Positions 11,620 to 20,000 of a stretch of 20,000 nucleotides of DNA are shown piece by piece; positions within the stretch are counted from its first letter, which is position 1; each line of letters begins with the position of its first letter. Position numbers and translations under genes: made by a program. Source of the stretch: Ancylonema sp. (Eukaryota); contig JBFLGF010000102.1 of assembly GCA_050230475.1 (NCBI GenBank), positions 52,161 to 72,160 on the forward strand, read 5' to 3'. The notes beneath the pieces are model-generated. The model was not told the origin of the DNA and searched no databases. It saw nothing but the letters and a program-made list of their open reading frames with translations.

Positions 11620-12234
11620 ATTGCATATTGAACGTGCACTACTCTCCTTTATGTAAAAGCAAAGTATTCAAGAAGTGCAAATTCAGAATTCATATATCAA
11701 TTCATCATGGTCTCCTTGCAAGAAATTATTCTTCAAAAATATAGTATAAATTTCAGACTCGAGAGTCTTAGAACAAACCAACGCAAACCCTAACTGATGC
11801 AACTTCTGGGATCGACAGCCCCTGACCTCTAAGCATACCCACGTATCACTTATGTGTCACTATCTCACACCCACCACCTAGTGTCTTGTAAAGTTTAGTC
11901 GACACGTTATCTGTCAATCCTTACACGTGTTTAAAAATCACCACCTTTTGTCAACACGTGTATCATTATAAATGAAACACAACACAATTAAAATCACTCG
12001 ATTCGGACCACGCATGACGCGTGTCGACCAATTCAAAGTTTTGACGGTTTACCATCTGTACCCCTAATTTGCACTCAGAACGTAATACTTGTAAAATCCA
12101 TATCTTTCTAACCACAACTTCAAATCAACTAATTCTTTCACTAAAATTATCCTCTTGAGTTATCATCTCTACAATTCACACATCGACACAACCCAAATTT
12201 CAACCCAAATTGTACAGAGTTCTAGTTTCTCACA
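11619..12234 (-). repeat. Copia 5' LTR (616 bp)
   Basis: Direct repeat of 6552-7150; net 17 bp longer through small indels. Confidence 0.95.
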
Positions 12235-13815
12235 TACAGGTCTTTCAAGACTAGGTCAACAACCTCAATCGTGACATGGCGAGGATGGACAGGCACATTC
12301 TATTGTTGTTGGACAACGCATCCAGCCACAACTTTCCACTGGCCTTTACAGACATGGAAGGCTTGAAGGCCATTGAGCTCTCGCACATCACACTCCTGTT
12401 CTTGCCCCCCAATACAACCTCTATCGTGCAGCCTTGCGATGTTGGTATCATCAAGTGTTTCAAATCTTACTACCGGGTGCACCTTCTCCGCTGGAACATC
12501 AGTCTTTTGACACCTCAGGCGATCAGACTGGGCACTGATCTGTCTTGTGTTTATCCGACTCTGAAGCAGGTACAATTAACACTTTTTGCGGCTTTCGCCG
12601 CAAGTCATCTGTGTGACTTACTTGTGGGGGTCCATTTTGATATACGCAGGCAATAGAGTGGATTGCGCAAGTGTGGCGCGATTTGGACCCCCAGACAATC
12701 AAGAATTGTTGGCGGCACACGGGCATTCTTCCTCCTTCTGGGTGTGCAGATGTCCGCAATGTAGACGAGGGTGTGGAAAGACTTCGAATGTGCACCGAAG
12801 AGCTGGACTCACTCATGCGCAGACTCAATATAGACGTGGACATCGAGTGCTCTGCTGAGGAGTTCGTGGATCCGCCTCAGGAGCAAGAGGTAGAAAGCTA
12901 AGGCCTTATCTATACATTGCTTCATAGTTTCGACTGAACAAAAAATGTTGTGGCAGGTGGAGGAGCCGTTGAGTGATGCTGAAATTGTGGGGCGCTTACT
13001 TCTTGAAGATGTTGAGGAGGAGGAGGAGGAGGGAGAGGAGGCAGGTGCACTAGAAGAGGAAGCCAGGCCCTTGGTGCCAATCGCCCAAGCTATGGAGGCG
13101 GTGTCAATATTGAAGGACTTCTTAGGTCAAGAAGCAAGAATAGACAGTATTTATATCCTTGATGCCCAGCGGATCCAGAACGAGTTGTATAGGAGGCACG
13201 TGTACAAGTTGAGTCATCAAGCTCAAACTAGAATCAGCGTTTTTTTTGGAGTAGGTAATTAAAACTTGAAGGTTGAGATGTGAAACATTGTTGTTCAGAG
13301 ATGGAAAATTGTATACTGGACCTCTTTAATTGCTAAGTTGCAGTTCCACATGACTCAAATCCTTTGCTCCTCATGTCCTACTTGTTTGACACCCAAAACT
13401 CAAAAAAGCGTTTCGAAGAGTCTTGTGCAAATGAAGTATACCAATGCATAAAGCCACTACATGAATTGCATTAAAAAAGAAAGTATAGATGCATTTGGGT
13501 TGATACCCCTTTGCATCCACCTACGTTGGTTGTACGGCATAGTTCATGAAAATCTGTACGTGTTGCTGAGATTTAGCACGAGCATACAAGCTTTCTTGAG
13601 GATATGTTTCTTACGTCAGCAAAATATCCCCCATTCACCACCACTTGAACAATTGTGTCAAATAACCCCAGAAACAAACGTGTTTTTTTCCCCTCCCCGA
13701 ATATTTCAATTTAGTCTTCGTCCATGGATGAAAACTGCTCCAACATACATGGTTGAGTAGGTTTAACCATTGCGAACACGAATTGATAGCTCAAAATACC
13801 AAGATTTCACTTTCT

Positions 13816-13950
13816 CTCGATATAGTGACAATTGCCTTTGGTTGCCCTATTAAATGTCACAATACAGTGTATAGTGACAACATTAGCATTCGATATAGTG
13901 ACATTATTTTCCCCTGTCTATAAATTTGTCACTATATCAAGACTGCACTG
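13816..13950 (-). repeat. Right TIR (13927-13950) plus subterminal tatagtgaca repeats
   Basis: tgtcactatatcaagactgcactg is the exact reverse complement of 4921-4944; further motif copies near 13818, 13870 and 13891. Confidence 0.9.
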
Positions 13951-14618
13951 TACACCAATACCAACACTGGGGGGGAGGAACAAAGAAACAATACCAACAG
14001 GAGCAAACTTCAAAGCCTACCAACAAAAAGACCAAACCAAAACAATCCCACTCCACTTTCATACAACATACTACTACCACAATACCATCTTGGCAACAAC
14101 ATAAACCAAAACGACAATGGCAACCCAAACGCAACCAACCAAGCTATCACAACGGCAAAAGCACGCTGCAAATGCTTTAATGATATGACTCTGGGAATTC
14201 AGCAACCTCTACTTCCACCCATTCTCCAACCACGAGTCAACCGACATTCTACCATATCACCCTACACTACTTCTATCGAGTCACTATCTGATTTTGATAG
14301 TTTACCAGATTTGATTGAGGAAAATATACCATCACTACCATCCTCACCTACTCCACCACTTTATACACCATGGCATTTCACACACCTGGAAACACACCTC
14401 AACCAACGTCAAAGGGAACAACTTTCTTTGCTGAACCAACCTTCACATTACACACCTGACATGCAACCATCTACAAACTACAACCATTCCCACACTACAC
14501 AACTTTCTCATCCGATCGAACACCCACCAACCAGTATCCTGACTATCATCTTTCGCACACTCGTCTGCTGGTGTGACCCAGCTTCTCTACGACAGTTCCG
14601 TAGCTGGGGGGGGGGCAG

Positions 14619-14813
14619 TGAGAGCAGCCGAGCCACCTCGAACACCACATGAACATTCAGAAGCAACTGCTGAAGCTAAACAATCGACTTCAGCAGTCCG
14701 AACCTACAACACTTCATCTATCCAATACTCCCCTACAACGATCAACTACATCGACGACACCTTTGAGTTCTACATAAACCCATCATGAGTAACCGACTCC
14801 AAACCGCACGTCA
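14619..14813 (+). repeat. Putative short 3' LTR (195 bp, TG..CA) preceded by a G10 polypurine-like tract (14606-14615)
   Basis: ggggggggggcag|tgagagcagccgagcca ... aaccgactccaaaccgcacgtca. Both end blocks recur in 15995-16158. No 5' partner found in the window. Confidence 0.5.
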
Positions 14814-14815
14814 CC

Positions 14816-16158
14816 TGTCATGACGCTAGAGATCGTGAAGGGTAAAACCCCTTTGTAAAAATATCCAGACCTCTCTAGTAAAATACAATGTTAGAAGCAA
14901 TCAGATTCGATATAAAGATTTCATGATTTTGTGTGAAGTTGTGTGAAGTTAGAATCAGTACTCCGCAAAATCCAACAACTTTTTGTAAACCCGAAAATAA
15001 CTCGAAAATAACGCGTGGCGTATTTTCCGAGTATAATATCCAGCAGTCGTACAATTTAGACTGCGTGTCGATTTTTCAGCGCTTAGCGCAACTTTGTTAT
15101 TGACGATGATATTTCTGACTTGTCGATACTATCCCGGCGATAAAATCCAGCCGTAGAATACTTGACGTCTGAATTTGTAGCGCCAAGATTAAATCTGTCG
15201 ATTAACCATGTCGATTAACTCTAGTTAGTTTGTACGATTAGACGATCGTAGCATAAAGACATTTTCATTGTACAGATCTGCCAGCTTCCGCGCTGTCAGA
15301 TTGCGCCCGTCAAGAAACTTTCCAAACTATATTCTCATCAAATCCTATCAATTGCACATTCTCTGAATTCTGCAACTCCTGGCTGACGCCAGTTCTTGCC
15401 ATCATCTCCGTATCTTGTCTACGATTACTCGTGCGACTACCGTCGACGAATTATGTAAGTTGACCAAAGTGACCTTCGCAACTTCCTGTCATCATTTGTG
15501 TATTCCGCTGACGCTCTTACTAAGCCAGCCTGTAAACTTGATTGTTTACCATCACATCTTAGTAGACGCTCTTACTGAGCCAGTCCTAACCGACTACCCC
15601 GTTGTTGACGCTCTTACTGAGCCAGAACTATTTTGTCGATTTACATCGATCTGTTACCGCTCGTACCGAGCCAATACGGTAACGACGCGCAACCACTTCC
15701 ACTTGTTGACGTTCTTACTGAACCAACACACCACATCCATCAATCAACATCTGTCAACGCTTCGTTTGACAGCCGAACTTTCTACTCGAAAGTGTACCTT
15801 TCGGCTGTCGACCTTAATATTCTGCACCATAGTATTTTGTTTACCATCAATAATCCTTTCCCAGACTTTCTATTGTTGATAGTAATTGTCGACCGCCCTC
15901 GGCGTCAAGTAGTGTTCCGCACATTCACGCACGAGAAAGTGTGATAGAATTAGCGTAACACCTTAGCAGAGAATCAATCTGCATCCCAACTTAGTGAGAG
16001 CAGCAGAGCCATACTACGTGTACTATCGACATCGACACCAAGACGAGTAAAGAGCTACATCAACAAAGAAGACCACCAAGACCACACCTTGATAACCATG
16101 TAACTCAGATATATCCCAACAACCTCATTATAAGCAACCGACTCCAAACCGCACGTCA
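14816..16158. mobile_element. 1343-bp LTR-like unit related to 2500-3906
   Basis: Starts tgtcatgacgctagagatcgt (20/21 identical to 2500-2520); ends ccgactc-N6-gcacgtca like 3886-3906; patchy internal similarity (~2965-3010 vs ~15362-15410). No TSD seen. Confidence 0.6.
15510..15726. repeat. Four dispersed 19-bp direct repeats (gacgctcttactgagccag consensus)
   Basis: Copies at 15510-15528, 15565-15583, 15607-15625 and 15708-15726 (last one degenerate). Confidence 0.85.
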
Positions 16159-16449
16159 AGCTCATTCCTTCACTAATTCCATGAAACAAATAAGACATGA
16201 TATATAAATCATGATGGGAATTGCATTGAAAAAGAATAGTTCACAAATGAGAATCTTATCTAGGACTATCCGTCACCAATCTGCAACTCGTCCGTTGAGC
16301 GGAGTATTTGCAAGTACACCATCACTACAATGCTATTCAGCAAGTTACCAATAACAAAAATATTCCAACATGGTGTTGGGAAAGGGGGGAAAAATAATGG
16401 TTGATTTGATTTGGTGAAAAAAATAAAAAGCGAAAAGAAAACTACACGG

Positions 16450-16605
16450 AAACGTTTGCGATCGCAAACGTTTACATCCGTACAATCCGTACACGTTTGC
16501 CGCATTTCACGGACGCATTTTGGACGTTTGCGATTGCGAACGTTTGCATCCGTACAGTCCGTACACGTTTCCCGCATTTCAGGGCCGTATTTCGGACGTT
16601 TGCGA
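16450..16605. repeat. 72-bp tandem repeat (two units plus a partial) beginning with a perfect 24-bp palindrome
   Basis: acgtttgcga at 16452, 16524 and 16596; aaacgtttgcgatcgcaaacgttt (16450-16473) is self-complementary; tccgtaca occurs twice per unit. Confidence 0.85.
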
Positions 16606-17564
16606 GCATATCCGTACGACGTTTGCATTTGCGAGGGACGGCAGATTGCTCTCGGCCCCGTATTGCAAACGTGACGCCCGGAATACCGGCCCCATTCCGG
16701 TGCAACTATGGCAAAATGTACCCCCTCTACCACCTGCCACATAAAATTGATCTTCAATCGCAAATGGAGCCCCAACTTGGAGGCAGTACAAGTGAAAGGC
16801 GAGTGGCGACCGCAATTGTGGAAAAAACACTATTGAGAATACCTAGACGGGAGAGTGTGCCACAAGAAGGATCTCTAAGGAAGATACCAACTCTACATTT
16901 ACACCGATGTTTGCGGCTGGAGGTCAGGAGAAAGCCTATGCGTGCCTGAGTGATACTGTGAGGGCTGGAGAATTACTAAGAGGGCCTATGCAGCATGCTA
17001 CGTAACCCCCCTGCAAGTGCACCGCTACAAAGTGTGTAGCTCGAAGTACTTGATGTACAAACTGTAGTGAAAAGAGCGTACTCGTGGATAACGCGACATT
17101 TCTGCTCATCATTTCGCTTTCCATTCTAAATTCACGTATTTATCAGTAATGGTCATCTCCGGCGTCATCGTTGACAATTTCTTAAAAAACCTCCATATGT
17201 AGCATCCAGTCTAGTAGCTATGAGCTGAGCAGTTGTGCTCTGTGTGCCAATAATCATTCTTCCCGCACCTCACTCAAAGTCTCCAGAAAGTGCACCCCCA
17301 TGTCTAACCTGCACTTCTTCTTCTTCTCACTTCTGTACCTTTCACGAAGTCCTTAATAATAGCGGAAACTTATCTTTAAACTGAGTGCATGCACCTATTT
17401 GACAATCATACCATCCATCAAAGACATGTACAGAGATTAATGTTCAACATTACTCTGAGCAATTCCACAGCCGTATTTTGGAAGCTGCATGAAAAACTTG
17501 TAATCTCGACGCCCAGAAGACCATCACGCTCTAGTACCCTGCAACTGATACCCGGTGCCCGTGC

Positions 17565-19006
<1,442 letters not shown>

Positions 19007-19338
19007 TTTGCGGACACTATGAGTGAGGGGATGTTGCGATCTTGCGCGTTCAACGAGTGAGAGTGCACGAGACCTCCTCTGATCTGTGCGTTCTACACTC
19101 CGGGGCTGGGCAGCTTTTCTCGGCGAGGGTCGTGACGTCACTGTATTTCTAGACTGCTACTGCATTTGTGCCAAGTCAATGGCGAACTTCCGTTTCCTCT
19201 CTCTCACTTTCGTTCTCGCCTGCGAGATCTCAGGGCGGGCACATCCGACTCGCGGATGGACCCCCCTCATATAATTCTCCAAAAAATTTGTTACCAGCAA
19301 GCAGATATGTTGTTCACAGCATGCTCGGCGCAACAAGA

Positions 19339-19491
19339 TACGGTCAGACCGTACCACTTAGTTCTAAGTGGTACGGTATTTTACTTAGGTCTTTAGAAAG
19401 ACCTAAGTTACTTAGCTCTCTACAGATCTAAGTGTTTCAGTCGTTTTCCATCCTCTTGAAGTTGCTGACATGGTCCGTACATCTGTACGGA
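19339..19491. repeat. Cluster of short inverted repeats upstream of NDUFV2
   Basis: 14-bp stem 19348-19377, 12-bp stem 19383-19408, imperfect stem 19410-19433 (all with acttag/ctaagt), 8-bp stem 19474-19491. Confidence 0.8.
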
Positions 19492-20000
19492 TATGGTCCA
19501 CGGTCCCTTGGGTGTCTGTAATTGGCCGATTACGCCGGATTTGACGGTTTCATTACTTTGTCAAGTTCGGCTGACACGTCACCGCTGAGGTGTCGTGCTT
19601 TGATTAGCTGGTTTTCAGGATTTTGTTGCAAAATTTTGCCTGAAATTTTCTCTGTTTTTCGGGCTCGGAGGTTGGTGTAAGTGGGGGCCAGCACTTGCAC
19701 CACCCCGTAAAGAATTTCGTGTTCATGTTCGCGTGCGATTATATGTGTTAGGGCCCGTACTACAACCCTTCATCCTAATTTGTTTCTTTAAAATCTAATT
19801 TATTTCTCATCCCTGTGGAATGTGCGATTATGTGCCGAAAGGAGTTTGGAGTTCAGCAAAAGACTCTCCCCCCAGTCTCCTTGCAGCACATGGTACAAAT
19901 TTATTATTGACTTAAATGAATTAGAGCTTTAGCAAGCGTCTTTGAAAGGCGCTCTAGCTGGGTGACTGATCTTCTTTCTATTATTATTTGCGTATGTATT

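Larger units (their letters stand above)
6552..12234 (-). mobile_element. Full-length but decayed Ty1/copia LTR retrotransposon (5683 bp)
   Basis: Two ~600-bp LTRs, 5-bp TSD tacag (6547-6551, 12235-12239), PBS, PPT and gag-PR-IN-RT-RH domain order. Confidence 0.96.
5363..13262 (+). pseudogene. pogo-like transposase, 6 exons (5363-5671, 5823-6132, 6218-6405, 12240-12569, 12650-12889, 12957-13262), ~560 aa, four premature stops
   Basis: GT..AG introns give a continuous frame. KRKRIALT...RFEKVE..LIWF and FRGSVGWLSNFKNR (HTH domains); NMDETGLFW, SKERITV, KAWMT, LLLDNASSH, LPPNTTSIVQPCDVGII, TIKNCWRHTG; acidic tail and terminal QTRISVFF. Stops at 5480, 5666, 5865, 12252. Confidence 0.9.
4921..13950 (+). 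mobile_element. pogo/Tigger-type (Tc1/mariner superfamily) DNA transposon, ~3.34 kb without the nested copia element
   Basis: Perfect 24-bp TIRs cagtgcagtcttgatatagtgaca; TA duplications at 4919-4920 and 13951-13952; CENP-B-type HTH and DDD transposase inside. Confidence 0.95.

Noticed and set aside
15510..15726. CRISPR-like repeat-spacer array
   Set aside because: Short non-palindromic repeats, very uneven spacers, no cas genes, and a eukaryotic TE context.
14791..16158. 23-bp direct repeat as a LINE-type target-site duplication
   Set aside because: No poly(A) tail, similarity extends further upstream of both copies, and the same motif ends the 2500-3906 element, so it is an element terminus.
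16266..16949. Overlapping ORFs with CTDC repeats
   Set aside because: Products of the 72-bp tandem repeat, open in several frames on both strands.

Overview
Eukaryotic nuclear DNA, probably a streptophyte or green-plant lineage judging by the plant-like NDUFV2 sequence. One intact host gene is present: the six-exon complex I 24-kDa subunit NDUFV2 (minus strand, 17565-19006). It sits next to a ~16 kb nest of transposable elements. (i) A C/A-rich host element carries a ~530-codon ORF (1893-4889) whose C-terminal ~330 aa follow the layout of retrotransposon-borne cytosine-5 DNA methyltransferases, but with the SAM-binding, catalytic PC and ENV motifs replaced. (ii) A 1.4 kb TG..CA solo-LTR-like insertion with a 4-bp TSD (2500-3906) splits that ORF. 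(iii) A pogo/Tigger-type DNA transposon (4921-13950; 24-bp TIRs, TA TSD) has a five-intron transposase inactivated by four stop codons. (iv) A decayed Ty1/copia element (6552-12234, minus, TG..TA ends, 5-bp TSD) is inserted exactly at a splice acceptor of that transposase. (v) Further related LTR-like units lie at 14619-16158, a 72-bp palindromic tandem repeat at 16450-16605, and a hairpin cluster upstream of NDUFV2. Family assignments are from motif recognition by eye; no searches were run.
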